64,000 nucleotides of DNA from Salinispira sp. Lineage in GTDB: Bacteria; Spirochaetota; Spirochaetia; DSM-27196; Salinispiraceae. The notes beneath the pieces were generated by a model. That model did no database searches. It had not been told where the DNA came from and saw nothing but the letters and a program-made list of their open reading frames with translations. This document shows positions 9,106-19,366 of the stretch, one piece after another. Each line of letters opens with the position of its first letter. Within the stretch, counting starts at the first letter, position 1. The position numbers were made by a program, and so were the translations under genes. Location: contig OZ271918.1 of NCBI GenBank assembly GCA_965602015.1, positions 1,312,001 to 1,376,000 on the forward strand, given 5' to 3'.

Positions 9106-11193
9106 ATGGATAATAATGATAATACTGATGTGATCGCAGAGTCCCGGCAGAATGACGCTAACGACCAGGCCGAACTGGAGGAGATTCTCCAGCAGGAAGC
9201 CGGCGTTACCCGTTTGTACCGCAGGTTCGACCGCTGGCTTATCCGCTTTATTGCCCTGAGCTGGGCTCTATTTCAGCTGTCGCTTCCCCGCCTTGTGGTG
9301 TTGGACAGCGTTTTTATCCGCTCAATCCACCTGGCGTTTGCCATGGCGCTGGTTTTTCTCGGCGTTCCGGCAACGAGAAAACGCAAAGAAGACATTAAGG
9401 GTCTGCATTCTCTCAAGCACACCCCCGCTATAGATTTTTTCCTGGCTGCCGTCGGCGTGGTGGTCGCCACATATATCGTATGGAACTGGAATAACATCGC
9501 CGCCCGGATGGGCATCCCCACCTCCCTGGATATCATCCTTGGCGTCGTTCTTATCATTCTGCTTCTCGATGCGTCGAGGAGGGGAATCGGCTTGCCCATG
9601 GTAATAATCGCGCTGATATTCACCATGTACGGTTTTTTCGGGCGCTACATGCCCGGAGTCTTTGCATGGCGGGGAATAAGTCTCGGCCGATATATCGGAC
9701 AGACGGTGCTGTCCTCCGAAGGTATCTTCGGCATTCCCCTGGACGTTTCCGCCCGGACAGTCTATCTGTTCGTTCTTTTTGGTGCGTTTCTTGAGCGCTT
9801 TGGAGCGGGAAAGTTTTTCAACGCCGTATCGATTTCCCTGTTGGGCAAATACAAGGGCGGTCCCGCTAAGGCGGCGGTGGTGTCCAGCGGATTTACCGGA
9901 CTGGTCAGCGGTTCGAGCATTGCAAACGTGGTGACCACTGGTACATTCACCATCCCTCTAATGAAAAAAATCGGGTATCCCGGAAAGACCGCTGCGGCCA
10001 CGGAAGTGGCGGCGAGCACCAACGGTCAGCTCATGCCGCCTATTATGGGAGCCGCGGCGTTTATCATTGCCGAATACCTGGGAATCGGCTACCTGGACGT
10101 GGTAAAGGCGGCGATAATTCCCGCAGTGGTGAGCTACATCGCGCTGTTTTACATTACCCACCTTGAAGCCTCAAAACTCGGAATAAAGGGTCTTGCTGCT
10201 GCGGACATTCCAAACTTTGTAAAAACCATGAAAGAGGGTTTTCACCACCTCATTCCCCTTACCATCCTGATATTTGAGCTGGCGGTTATGCGCCGCAGCC
10301 CGAATCTGGCGGTGTTCAACGCCATTTTGTACCTTCTTGGTATCTATATTATCAGGGAAGTTTGGAGCAGCAGCCGCCAAGGCGTAAAGGCCTGGGACAT
10401 TGCCCGCAACATTGTCGGGGAAATCCGCGACGCCCTTATTCAGGGAAGTTTTAATATGATTCCCGTCGCCCTGGCAACGGCCACCGCCGGCATCATCGTG
10501 GGCATCGTCAATCTGGGAATCGGCAGCATGATTGTTCAGATCGTCGAAGTGATATCCCTGGGTAACGTATTTCTCCTGCTGTTCTTCACGGCGTTCTTCT
10601 CGCTTGTCATTGGCATGGGACTTCCGACGACCGCCACCTACATTGTCATGGCCTCTCTCACCGTGCCCATTATCACCCGCCTCGGGGCAAACATGGGCCT
10701 TGTTATCCCCGCCATTGCCGCCCATCTGTTCTGCTTTTACTTCGGTATTCTCGCCGACGATACGCCTCCTGTGGGGCTGGCGGCATATGCCGCCGCGGCC
10801 ATCGCCAAGTCCGACCCCATCCCGACGGGTATCAAGGGTTTTATCTACGATTTGCGAACCGCCCTGATTCCGTTTATGTTCGTGTTTAATCCCCTGATCC
10901 TTCTTGTAGGGGTCAACGATTGGGGCACCGGCCTGCTTATTTTTGCCGCTACCACGGTGGGAACCCTGGCGTTTACCAATGCGGTTCAGGGTTGGGCGCT
11001 GGTGAGAAACAAGTGGTACGAAATCCCGGTTTTTATGGCCGCGGCTTTTTTCCTCTATCTGCCGAATGTGGCCGCCTCGCTGTTTTCCTGGAATACTTCG
11101 ATGTTTCCGTTGTTATACCTTATCGGCGTGGCCATATACGCGTCGGCATTCGGACTGCAAAAGCTGCGGATGCGATCGCCGGCGATTGCCTAA
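9106..11193 (+). CDS. TRAP transporter fused 4TM/12TM permease
   Basis: GGPAKAAVVSS, SGSSIANVVTTGTFTIPLMK, GQLMPPIMGAAAF, GMGLPTTATY, ADDTPPVGLAA. Confidence 0.95.
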   Translation: MDNNDNTDVIAESRQNDANDQAELEEILQQEAGVTRLYRRFDRWLIRFIALSWALFQLSLPRLVVLDSVFIRSIHLAFAMALVFLGVPATRKRKEDIKGLHSLKHTPAIDFFLAAVGVVVATYIVWNWNNIAARMGIPTSLDIILGVVLIILLLDASRRGIGLPMVIIALIFTMYGFFGRYMPGVFAWRGISLGRYIGQTVLSSEGIFGIPLDVSARTVYLFVLFGAFLERFGAGKFFNAVSISLLGKYKGGPAKAAVVSSGFTGLVSGSSIANVVTTGTFTIPLMKKIGYPGKTAAATEVAASTNGQLMPPIMGAAAFIIAEYLGIGYLDVVKAAIIPAVVSYIALFYITHLEASKLGIKGLAAADIPNFVKTMKEGFHHLIPLTILIFELAVMRRSPNLAVFNAILYLLGIYIIREVWSSSRQGVKAWDIARNIVGEIRDALIQGSFNMIPVALATATAGIIVGIVNLGIGSMIVQIVEVISLGNVFLLLFFTAFFSLVIGMGLPTTATYIVMASLTVPIITRLGANMGLVIPAIAAHLFCFYFGILADDTPPVGLAAYAAAAIAKSDPIPTGIKGFIYDLRTALIPFMFVFNPLILLVGVNDWGTGLLIFAATTVGTLAFTNAVQGWALVRNKWYEIPVFMAAAFFLYLPNVAASLFSWNTSMFPLLYLIGVAIYASAFGLQKLRMRSPAIA

Positions 11194-11203
11194 GCTCTAC
11201 GTG

Positions 11204-11230
11204 ACCGGGTCCTGTGACCCGGTTTTTTTT
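11204..11230 (+). terminator. Rho-independent terminator
   Basis: ACCGGGTC-CTGT-GACCCGGT followed by a T run. Confidence 0.85.
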
Positions 11231-11244
11231 GCTCACGTTTGAAC

Positions 11245-11307
11245 TTGTGTTCTGGACAAAGGTCGAATATAATCATAAAAGATCATTAAAGATCAGATAT
11301 ATGAACA
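11245..11307 (+). promoter_or_regulatory. Promoter of the glycerol operon overlapped by 10-bp-phased repeats (candidate DeoR/GlpR operator)
   Basis: TTGTGT-17-TATAAT (11245-11273), then AATCATAAAA/GATCATTAAA/GATCAGATAT/ATGAACA. Confidence 0.6.
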
Positions 11308-11359
11308 TTTTTGTCCATATCCTCAAACTTTCATGTCAGCAGTCCCAAGGCGGCAAAAA

Positions 11360-14131
11360 ATGAACACTGGAAAAACAGAGCAATACGACGTGGCGATTAT
11401 CGGCGCCGGGGTAGTGGGGGCGGCAATAGCTCGCCGCCTGTCACTGTACGAACTCAAAGTCGCCCTGGTGGAAAAGGAGGCCGACGTTTCGTTCGGCACT
11501 TCAAAGGCGAACTCGGGCATTATTCACGGCGGCTTCCACCACAACGGTGAATATCTGAAGGCAAGACTGGAAATACAGGGCAATGCCATGTTTTCCCAGC
11601 TGCACCGGGAACTGGGATTTCCCTTTCGCCGAAGCGGTATTGTGGTGGCGGCATTTACTCCCGAACAGTTGGCGACGGCGGAACACCTGTACCGTCAGGG
11701 GGTTGAAAACGAGTCCCCGGGAATAGAGCTGTGCGGTGAGGCCCGAATCAAGGGACTTGAAAACAAATTGCACCCCGATGTAATCGGCGGGTTGTACGCC
11801 CCGGTGGGTGGAATAATCGAACCATACCGCTTCGTGTTCTCTTTGGCGGAAAGCGCACAGCAGAACGGGGTGGAGCTATATCGGAATTTCGAACTAAAGG
11901 AAGGACGGGCGGGAGCCGGAGGCGGCTTCACCCTTATTGCCGAAGACGGTAGATCAATCAGGGCCGATTTCGCGGTGAATGCCGCCGGCCTGTTTGCAGA
12001 CGAGGTGAGCGCCCGCTTTGCCGCCGAACAGTACCATATTACCCCCCGCAAGGGGGAATATCACCTCCTTGACCGGCGAACCCCGGCCTGCCCCCAAAAA
12101 GTAGTATTTCCCGTCCCAAGCAGCATTTCCAAGGGCATGCTGGTAATACCCACCGTCGAGGGTACGGTGCTCATCGGACCCACCGCCGATGACCTGGAAG
12201 ACAAGGAAGATCTGCGCACCACCCGTGATAAGATGGATGCCATTGTCGCCTCGGCCCAGCAGCTCGTACCGTCGGTTTCGGCTGTCGATATTATTTCATC
12301 CTTCAGCGGGCTTCGGCCCGCCCTGGACGGCAATGATTTTATGATCGAGGAATCGGTTAAGGTTCCGGGATTTATTCATGTCTCGGGCATTCAGAGCCCG
12401 GGTTTAACGGCCACACCGGCCATAGCCGAATACGTCAAGGACATCCTCAAGAGCGCCGGCTGCGAGCTTACCGAAAAGAAGAAATTCTTCCCCAACTTGC
12501 CGGCGGTTGAGCGCACCCGGGAAATGCCCCCCGGGCGACTTGCTGATGTGTGGAACGACGATCAGCGCTGCGGCGACATTGTCTGCCGCTGCGAAACCGT
12601 CAGCCGGAAAGAAATAGAGGACGCCATTTCCGCCGGTCACAAGACCCTGGACGGCATCAAGTTCTCAAGCCGGGCCGGCGCCGGGAGATGCCAGGGCGCG
12701 TTTTGCACGCCGAGGCTGCTGGACCTGCTGGCCGCCGGAGATGACGGCGACCCCGTCAAGGTGACCAAACGGGGCGGGGGCAGCGAAGTTCTCACCGGTA
12801 TGCTTCCCGGGGTGGAGAAAAAAACCCGCGCAGCACAGAATCCGCAAAAGAGCGAAACTGCAATCTCTCAGGGAACCGGAAAAATCGACAAGCTTCCGGC
12901 GGCGGTGGACTTGCTGGTTATCGGCGCGGGAGCCGCCGGTATGGCCAGCGCTTCTACCGTCAGCCAGGCGGGGTTTACCAGCCTGGTGGTGGACCGGGAA
13001 GCCCATGTCGGCGGAGTCCTCCGCCAGTGTATACACAACGGATTCGGCATCCATGAATTCAATGAGGAGTTGACCGGTCCGGAGTACGCCGAGCGATGGG
13101 GGCGCAAGCTCGCTGACTCGGGAGCTTCGTCGCTGTTGAACACCACTGTTCTGGGAATTTCCCGGGATGACGAGGGTTTTGCGGTACGCATGCTTTCCCG
13201 GGAACGGGGACCCTTTGAAGTCCGCAGCAGGGCTATCTCACTGGCGATGGGAAGCCGGGAACGCAACCGGGGCGGCATTCAAATTCCCGGCAGCCGGCCG
13301 GCCGGGGTGATGACCGCCGGTTCAGCCCAACGGCTGATTAACATTGACGGGTACATTCCGGGCAGACGGGCGGTCATCATCGGCAGCGGCGACATCGGCC
13401 TGATAATGGCCCGGCGTTTAAAGCTCATCGGGTGCGATGTGGCTGCGGTCATCGAAATTCAACCGGTGCCCTCGGGTATAAACCGGAATATTGTTCAGTG
13501 CCTCGAAGATTTTTCCATTCCCCTGTATTTGGGGCATGTTGTCAACGAAATCCGCGGGAAGCACCGGGTCAGCGGGGTGAGCGTTGCGCCTTTAAAGAAC
13601 GGGGTCCCCCAGGTATCTAAAAGCTTCGACATAGACTGCGATAGCGTCCTTCTTTCCGTCGGGCTTATTCCGGAAAACGAATTGTCAAGGGAGCTGGGAG
13701 TTGATCTCCACCGCCAGACCGCCGGCCCGATGGTGGATTCCCGGCTGATGACCAGCATTCCCGGGGTTTTTGCCTCGGGGAATGTGCTGCACATTCACGA
13801 CCTGGTTGATTATGTGGCGGAAGAAAGCGTCCGTTGCGGCCAGTCCATAGTCTCGTATCTTAAGGGCGAATCGCCGGCTCCGGAATTCACTCTTCAGCCC
13901 GGTAGCAATGTGCGCTATCTGGCACCGGGCAAAATTACAACTAACACAAAAAGCCGGGTGTACATGAGGTCAATGGTCTCCAAGCTCTCCGCCAAGGTTG
14001 AAGTCAGGCAGGACGGCGAACTCATCAAAAAATTCTCACGGCCCCATGTCCAACCCTCTGAAATGATCAGCATCGATCTGGACGGCTCGGATTTTTCCGG
14101 AAATAGCGAAGTGGAGGTATCCATCGTATGA
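11360..14131 (+). CDS. Fused FAD-dependent glycerol-3-phosphate dehydrogenase-like (GlpA/LhgO, BFD-like [2Fe-2S]) plus NAD(P)/FAD oxidoreductase
   Basis: GAGVVG, TSKANSGIIHGG, SPGLTA, IVCRCE...GRCQGAFC; after a linker a second Rossmann VIGAGAAG, GGVLRQCIHNGFG, GSGDIGLIMARR, GNVLHIHDLVD. Confidence 0.85.
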   Translation: MNTGKTEQYDVAIIGAGVVGAAIARRLSLYELKVALVEKEADVSFGTSKANSGIIHGGFHHNGEYLKARLEIQGNAMFSQLHRELGFPFRRSGIVVAAFTPEQLATAEHLYRQGVENESPGIELCGEARIKGLENKLHPDVIGGLYAPVGGIIEPYRFVFSLAESAQQNGVELYRNFELKEGRAGAGGGFTLIAEDGRSIRADFAVNAAGLFADEVSARFAAEQYHITPRKGEYHLLDRRTPACPQKVVFPVPSSISKGMLVIPTVEGTVLIGPTADDLEDKEDLRTTRDKMDAIVASAQQLVPSVSAVDIISSFSGLRPALDGNDFMIEESVKVPGFIHVSGIQSPGLTATPAIAEYVKDILKSAGCELTEKKKFFPNLPAVERTREMPPGRLADVWNDDQRCGDIVCRCETVSRKEIEDAISAGHKTLDGIKFSSRAGAGRCQGAFCTPRLLDLLAAGDDGDPVKVTKRGGGSEVLTGMLPGVEKKTRAAQNPQKSETAISQGTGKIDKLPAAVDLLVIGAGAAGMASASTVSQAGFTSLVVDREAHVGGVLRQCIHNGFGIHEFNEELTGPEYAERWGRKLADSGASSLLNTTVLGISRDDEGFAVRMLSRERGPFEVRSRAISLAMGSRERNRGGIQIPGSRPAGVMTAGSAQRLINIDGYIPGRRAVIIGSGDIGLIMARRLKLIGCDVAAVIEIQPVPSGINRNIVQCLEDFSIPLYLGHVVNEIRGKHRVSGVSVAPLKNGVPQVSKSFDIDCDSVLLSVGLIPENELSRELGVDLHRQTAGPMVDSRLMTSIPGVFASGNVLHIHDLVDYVAEESVRCGQSIVSYLKGESPAPEFTLQPGSNVRYLAPGKITTNTKSRVYMRSMVSKLSAKVEVRQDGELIKKFSRPHVQPSEMISIDLDGSDFSGNSEVEVSIV

Positions 14132-14535
14132 TTCCCGAGCACCAAAAACTGATAAAAAAGCGGAGCGCCGGAGGCGAACTGACCTGCATTATTTGCCCCA
14201 TCGGCTGCCGGATGACGGTTCAGCAAGCGGAGAAGGACGGAGCCCTGAAAATAGAGGGAAACCGCTGCAAACGGGGGGTCGCCTATGCACAGGAGGAGTT
14301 CAGCGATCCCCGGCGGATAGTCACCGCAACCTGCAGCCTCGATAATGCGGCGATCCGCCGGCTACCGGTAAAAAGCTCTGCCGGAGTTCCCATCGATATG
14401 ATACCCGCCTTCCTGAATGAACTGTACGCCCTGCGCATTAGCGCACCGGTCAGAGCCGGGCAGATATTATCATCCAATCTGGCGGGAAGCGGGGCCGACC
14501 TCATTGCGGGGGTCTCGGTGGACCCAGAGAAATAA
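14128..14535 (+). CDS. DUF1667 domain protein (CxxCPxGC), partner of the G3P dehydrogenase
   Basis: LTCIICPIGC...GNRCKRG..YA..E..DPRR; overlaps the previous stop (ATGA). Confidence 0.85.
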   Translation: MIPEHQKLIKKRSAGGELTCIICPIGCRMTVQQAEKDGALKIEGNRCKRGVAYAQEEFSDPRRIVTATCSLDNAAIRRLPVKSSAGVPIDMIPAFLNELYALRISAPVRAGQILSSNLAGSGADLIAGVSVDPEK

Positions 14536-14688
14536 CCGCTGGCTCAGGAGTTTCGCCGCGGCCTGAAATCTGCGGCGTGCGCTGTCGGATATGGCCGGAA
14601 AATCGAGCGTTCAACAAGCTTCGGGGCACTGCACAAGGAATACGCAACAGGGATTATAATACAAGACAGGATAAAGGGAGGATATACC

Positions 14689-16203
14689 ATGTACATCATT
14701 GCACTGGATCAGGGAACCACCAGTTCACGGGCGATAGTCTTCAACCAGCGGGGTGAAATCTGCTCCATGGCGCAGCGGGAGTTTACCCAAATCTACCCCA
14801 AGCCCGGCTGGGTGGAACATGATCCCCGGGAGATCTGGTCTTCCCAGGAAGAAGTGCTACATGCGGCAGTCAGCAAGGGCGGTATTTCCCCCGATGAAAT
14901 CCAGGCGATCGGCATAACAAATCAGCGGGAAACCACCATACTCTGGAACAAAAAGACCGGCGAACCGGTGCACAACGCCATTGTCTGGCAGTGCCGGAGA
15001 ACCGCCGCCATATCCAAGGAACTGCGTGATGCGGGATACAGCGGGGTTGTGGCCGATAAAACCGGACTTCTCCTGGATCCGTACTTCAGCGGCACCAAGG
15101 TGAAATGGTTGCTTGAGAATGTTCCGCAGGCTAAAAAGCTTGCGGATTCCGGAGACCTTGCATTCGGGACCGTCGATACCTGGCTGCTGTGGAACCTCAC
15201 CAGGGGAGAGGTTCACGCAACCGATGTCACCAATGCAGCCCGCACCATGATGTTCAACATTCATACCCTCGCTTGGGATGACGAGCTTCTGACCATGCTC
15301 GGAGTTCCCCGCGGCATTCTCCCGAAGGTCGTACCCAGCAGCGGCGTAATCGGCCATACAAAAATTCTGGGGGGGCGGAGCATTCCGGTGGCGGGAATTG
15401 CCGGAGACCAGCATGCGGCCCTTTTCGGCCAGGCTTGTTTTACCCCGGGAATGGTAAAAAATACCTACGGTACCGGGTGTTTCCTTCTGGCGAACAGCGG
15501 CGGGAAGGCGGTGGCCAGCGCCAACCGGCTTCTGAGTACTCCCGGCTGGACCCTCAGCGAGGGGAAAGCCGAAGTACAGCCGGGTAAAACCAGCTATGCC
15601 ATAGAAGGAAGTATTTTTATCGGCGGAGCAGCGGTTCAATGGCTGCGGGACTCTCTTAAGCTCGTGGCCAATGCTCCGGAAAGCGAACTGTTCGCCACCC
15701 AGGAAAAGGATTCCGGCGGAGTTTACGTGGTGCCGGCTTTTGTGGGCCTTGGCGCCCCCCATTGGGACAGCTATGCCCGGGGCGGAATGTTCGGCCTGAC
15801 CGCCGGGTCCAACCGCAATCATATAATCAGGGCCACCCTGGAATCCATTGCCTACCAAAGCCGTGACGTTGTCGAAGCCATGCTCAAGGACGGCCTGGAA
15901 GGCGAGGGTCTCGTGGCTATACGGGTTGACGGCGGCGCGAGCAACAACAATTTCCTCATGCAGTTTCAGGCCGATATTCTCGGCATCCCGGTGGAACGGC
16001 CCAAGGTCTCTGAGACTACCGCTCTGGGGGCAGCCTACCTGGCGGGACTGGGCACCGGCATGTGGAACAGTCTCGAGCAAATTGACGGAATTTGGCAGAT
16101 CGACCGCCGTTTTGAGCCCTCCATGAATGAAGACCAGCGGGAAAGCCTCTATTCCGGCTGGCAGGAAGCGGTTCGCCGGGTCATGGGCTGGGAAAGCCCG
16201 TAA
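14689..16203 (+). CDS. glpK: Glycerol kinase
   Basis: [60 protein letters not shown]. Confidence 0.97.
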   Translation: MYIIALDQGTTSSRAIVFNQRGEICSMAQREFTQIYPKPGWVEHDPREIWSSQEEVLHAAVSKGGISPDEIQAIGITNQRETTILWNKKTGEPVHNAIVWQCRRTAAISKELRDAGYSGVVADKTGLLLDPYFSGTKVKWLLENVPQAKKLADSGDLAFGTVDTWLLWNLTRGEVHATDVTNAARTMMFNIHTLAWDDELLTMLGVPRGILPKVVPSSGVIGHTKILGGRSIPVAGIAGDQHAALFGQACFTPGMVKNTYGTGCFLLANSGGKAVASANRLLSTPGWTLSEGKAEVQPGKTSYAIEGSIFIGGAAVQWLRDSLKLVANAPESELFATQEKDSGGVYVVPAFVGLGAPHWDSYARGGMFGLTAGSNRNHIIRATLESIAYQSRDVVEAMLKDGLEGEGLVAIRVDGGASNNNFLMQFQADILGIPVERPKVSETTALGAAYLAGLGTGMWNSLEQIDGIWQIDRRFEPSMNEDQRESLYSGWQEAVRRVMGWESP

Positions 16204-16263
16204 TGATGCAAAATCCTCCTCTTCCCGCCGGTCTGTACTATAATAGGCAGAGGAGGTATTCCG

Positions 16264-17763
16264 ATGGAAACACCGGGAGATTTCAGGGGTGATTTTCAGC
16301 GACTCGTGGAAAACAGCCGCGACATGATATCTATTCATGATCCTCCGGGCCGCTATGTGTACGTGAATCCCGCATCACGAGAAATAACCGGATACGAGCC
16401 ATCAGAACTGATCGGCCGGGAGCCGTATCAGTTTTTCCACCCTGATGACAGGGAGGCGATTTCCTCCGAATCCCATGAACCCGCCAAGCTCGGGGACGAC
16501 ACGGTTCGCATCCGCTACCGGTTCTGCCATAAAGACGGAAATTATATTTGGCTCGATACCTTGACCCGCCCAATAACAGATGATGAGGACAGGGTTATAC
16601 GCCTTCATGCTACCAGCCGTGACGTAACCGAGTCTGTTCTCCGGGAGCAGGAGCTTGACGAGCAGAGGAAGCTTCTGCAGATGGGGCAAAAACTCTCGGG
16701 GCTCGGTTCCTGGGAGGTGAATCTCAGTGATTTTTCCGTGGTGTGGAACGAGGGGATTCGGCGCATTCATGATATCGAGGATGACCGCAAGCTCACCGTT
16801 GAAGATGTGCTGAATTTCTACGTGGGGGAGAGTAAAAAAATAGCTGAGGACAGGCTTCAGGAGCTCCTGGCGGATTCGCCGCGCTTTGACGAACGGCTGA
16901 TGGTGCGCACTCTCAAAGGCCGGGAGATTTGGGTGCGGGTAATCGGAGAAGTTCAATATGTCGCCGGAAAGCCCGCAAAGGTGTACGGAATCTGCCAGGA
17001 TGTGGACAAGCAATACCGCCATCAGCGCGAACTGCAGCAGATGGTCGACCGGCTCTCCCGGCGCCGCAAGCAGGTTACGGACATCAGCCGTATGCTCGGC
17101 CATAACATCAAGGGGACCATCGGCAATATCAATATGCTGATGGGAATCATAACCGAGACGACAGATGCCAAAATTCACGGAATGTTGAAAAAAAACATCG
17201 ACATGGTGTTCGAGACCCTGGATTCAATGGCCGAACTGATTAAAGACGTCGATGCGGTTGCCGATCCGAACGCCGTCGCCCATGTTCCATCAAGCTATAA
17301 CAAGGCCGTAGAGGGTCTCATTCCTGCCATCAGGGAAGTCGGCGGTGAACTGAGCGCGGACTTCTCCGGCATCGAGAATATAAAGTATCCCGCCCTGTAC
17401 CTCGAGAGCATCTTTTATAATTTTATTAGCAACGCGGTGAAATACCGGGACCACGATAAAACCCTGAAAATTGTGGTGACCTTGGCAGTTGATTCCCAGT
17501 CTCTCGTTCTAATTTTCGCAGATAACGGCCTGGGGATTGATCTCGCGCGCTTCGGCTCCCGGCTTTTTGGGCTTAACCAGCGCTTTCACACCGCATCCCA
17601 GGGATTTGACCGGGAAATAGAGGGAAGCGGAATCGGCCTGTTCCTGTGTAAGCGTCAGATCGAGTCGTTGGGCGGGGAGATTTCCGTGGAAAGCGCAGTG
17701 GGCCAGGGGACGGCTTTCACCATACGCCTGGGGTCAGCAGAAGAGCTGGTTGTTGCTGGCTAA
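16264..17763 (+). CDS. PAS-PAS sensor histidine kinase
   Basis: YVNPA..ITGY, FHPDD, H-box GHNIKG, NFISNAVKY, DNGLGIDL, GSGIGL. Confidence 0.88.
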   Translation: METPGDFRGDFQRLVENSRDMISIHDPPGRYVYVNPASREITGYEPSELIGREPYQFFHPDDREAISSESHEPAKLGDDTVRIRYRFCHKDGNYIWLDTLTRPITDDEDRVIRLHATSRDVTESVLREQELDEQRKLLQMGQKLSGLGSWEVNLSDFSVVWNEGIRRIHDIEDDRKLTVEDVLNFYVGESKKIAEDRLQELLADSPRFDERLMVRTLKGREIWVRVIGEVQYVAGKPAKVYGICQDVDKQYRHQRELQQMVDRLSRRRKQVTDISRMLGHNIKGTIGNINMLMGIITETTDAKIHGMLKKNIDMVFETLDSMAELIKDVDAVADPNAVAHVPSSYNKAVEGLIPAIREVGGELSADFSGIENIKYPALYLESIFYNFISNAVKYRDHDKTLKIVVTLAVDSQSLVLIFADNGLGIDLARFGSRLFGLNQRFHTASQGFDREIEGSGIGLFLCKRQIESLGGEISVESAVGQGTAFTIRLGSAEELVVAG

Positions 17764-17804
17764 AGCTAGCTAAGTATAAAGCGCAGCAAAAATGATATTT
17801 TCCC

Positions 17805-19250
17805 CTAAAGCTCCCGAAGGGATTTGATAAACTCTCCGTCATTCTTTCTCGCAGGTTCCGGTGTCTTCCCTGAAAGATGAGATTCCAGTATCGACCGCAC
17901 CCGGGATCCGCAAAAATGCCCCTGGCAGCCCCCCATTCCGGCCCGGGTCCGCCGTTTGACGGCGTCCATTGAGTCAATGGGGATGGGACGTGACAGGGCG
18001 TCCCGGATGACCGACTCCCGCACCTGTTCGCAGCGGCATACGATACGCCGGGGGTCTCCCTCTTCCCGTTTGACATCGTCTTGTATTTTGCTGAAGGACA
18101 TCAGGTCACCGGGCATTGCTATTGGCTTTCTTTTTCTCCGGTTTTTTTGGGGGCTTTTTATCCGACCGTCGGCCGCCAGCATATCGACCATCATATCGGC
18201 AATGGCCGGCGCTGAAGTAAGCCCCGGCGATTCGATTCCCGCTGCCAGATAGACTCCGTCCCCCTGTCCGCGGCGGATAATGAAGTCCCGCTGGCTGGAA
18301 CTGGCCCGCAGTCCGCTGAAACTCCGGATAATTTTTTTCGCATCCAGATCCGGAACCGACTTCCTGCCGATATCAAGGATGTTTTTAAGGGTGAGAAAAT
18401 CCGTATCAAGGTCAAACTCTCCGTCGCTTTCTTCAGCGTTGGGCCCGATCATGATGTTACCCCAGGTGGTGGGGGTGACCAGTATGCCCTTGGAAACCGG
18501 AGTCGGGGTCTGAAACATCACCGAACCCAGTCCCGAGGAAGATCCCCGCTGCAGCACCAGGTACTGACCCTTGCGGGCGCTAATTTCAACGCCCTTTTCG
18601 CCAAGCAGCCGGGCGAGATCGCCCGACCCCAGGCCCGCCGCGTCGATTACCGCGGAGCTGCGAATTGTTCCCCGGGTACTGTGAAGTTCCCAGCCGTCCT
18701 CCACTGGCTCTGCAGCGGTGACCTCGGTTCTCAGGAGGATATCCGTTCCGCCGGCCGCCGCCTGTTCCGCCATGGCTATGGCCGCCTCGTAGGGGCTGAC
18801 GATTCCCGCCCCCGGGCAGTACAGAGCCGATAGAACTTCGTCATTCACCCGGGGTTCCTTGGCTTTGAGATCAGTTCCCCTAATAATTTCAAGACCATAC
18901 ACGCCGTTGAGTCTGCCGTTTTCCCGGATAGCTTCAAGGGTCTGTTCCTCTTCATCGTCGAAGGCCAACACGTATGATCCGCAGCGGGAAAAGGGAAAAC
19001 CCAGCCTGGCGGACAGTTCGTCGTATTGGCGGTTCCCGGCTATGGAAAGCTCCGCCTTTGTGCTGCCGTGCTTTGCGGCATAGCCACCGTGGATGATTCC
19101 GCTGTTCGCCTTGGTCGCACCGCAGCCCACATCGGAGGCCTTGTCGATGAGGATTACCCGCGCATCGTACACGGAAAGCTTGTAGGCAATGGCCGATCCC
19201 ACAATGCCGGCTCCTACTATCGCTATGTCGTAGTGATCTTTTATGTTCAT
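17805..19250 (-). CDS. Second GlpA/LhgO-like FAD-dependent oxidoreductase with BFD-like [2Fe-2S] domain
   Basis: GAGIVG, ATKANSGIIHGG, ESPGLTSAPAIA, IVCRCEQV...RTRAGMGGCQGHFC. Confidence 0.88.
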   Translation of the reverse strand: MNIKDHYDIAIVGAGIVGSAIAYKLSVYDARVILIDKASDVGCGATKANSGIIHGGYAAKHGSTKAELSIAGNRQYDELSARLGFPFSRCGSYVLAFDDEEEQTLEAIRENGRLNGVYGLEIIRGTDLKAKEPRVNDEVLSALYCPGAGIVSPYEAAIAMAEQAAAGGTDILLRTEVTAAEPVEDGWELHSTRGTIRSSAVIDAAGLGSGDLARLLGEKGVEISARKGQYLVLQRGSSSGLGSVMFQTPTPVSKGILVTPTTWGNIMIGPNAEESDGEFDLDTDFLTLKNILDIGRKSVPDLDAKKIIRSFSGLRASSSQRDFIIRRGQGDGVYLAAGIESPGLTSAPAIADMMVDMLAADGRIKSPQKNRRKRKPIAMPGDLMSFSKIQDDVKREEGDPRRIVCRCEQVRESVIRDALSRPIPIDSMDAVKRRTRAGMGGCQGHFCGSRVRSILESHLSGKTPEPARKNDGEFIKSLREL

Positions 19251-19301
19251 AACTGATAGAAATAATAGTAATTATGATTGATAATGTCTATATAATCCCA
19301 T

Positions 19302-19347
19302 TTGACCAGGCGGATGCCCTGGCGTACAATGGCACCACTATTGTACG
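19302..19347 (+). promoter_or_regulatory. Promoter of the DeoR gene with overlapping inverted repeat
   Basis: TTGACC-17-TACAAT (19302-19330); CGTACAAT-N9-ATTGTACG (19323-19347). Confidence 0.6.
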
Positions 19348-19366
19348 TGCATTGACGGAGAACCGC

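Noticed and set aside
14857..16338. 493-aa ORF antisense to glpK
   Set aside because: Shadow frame of a conserved GC-rich gene; no recognisable motifs.
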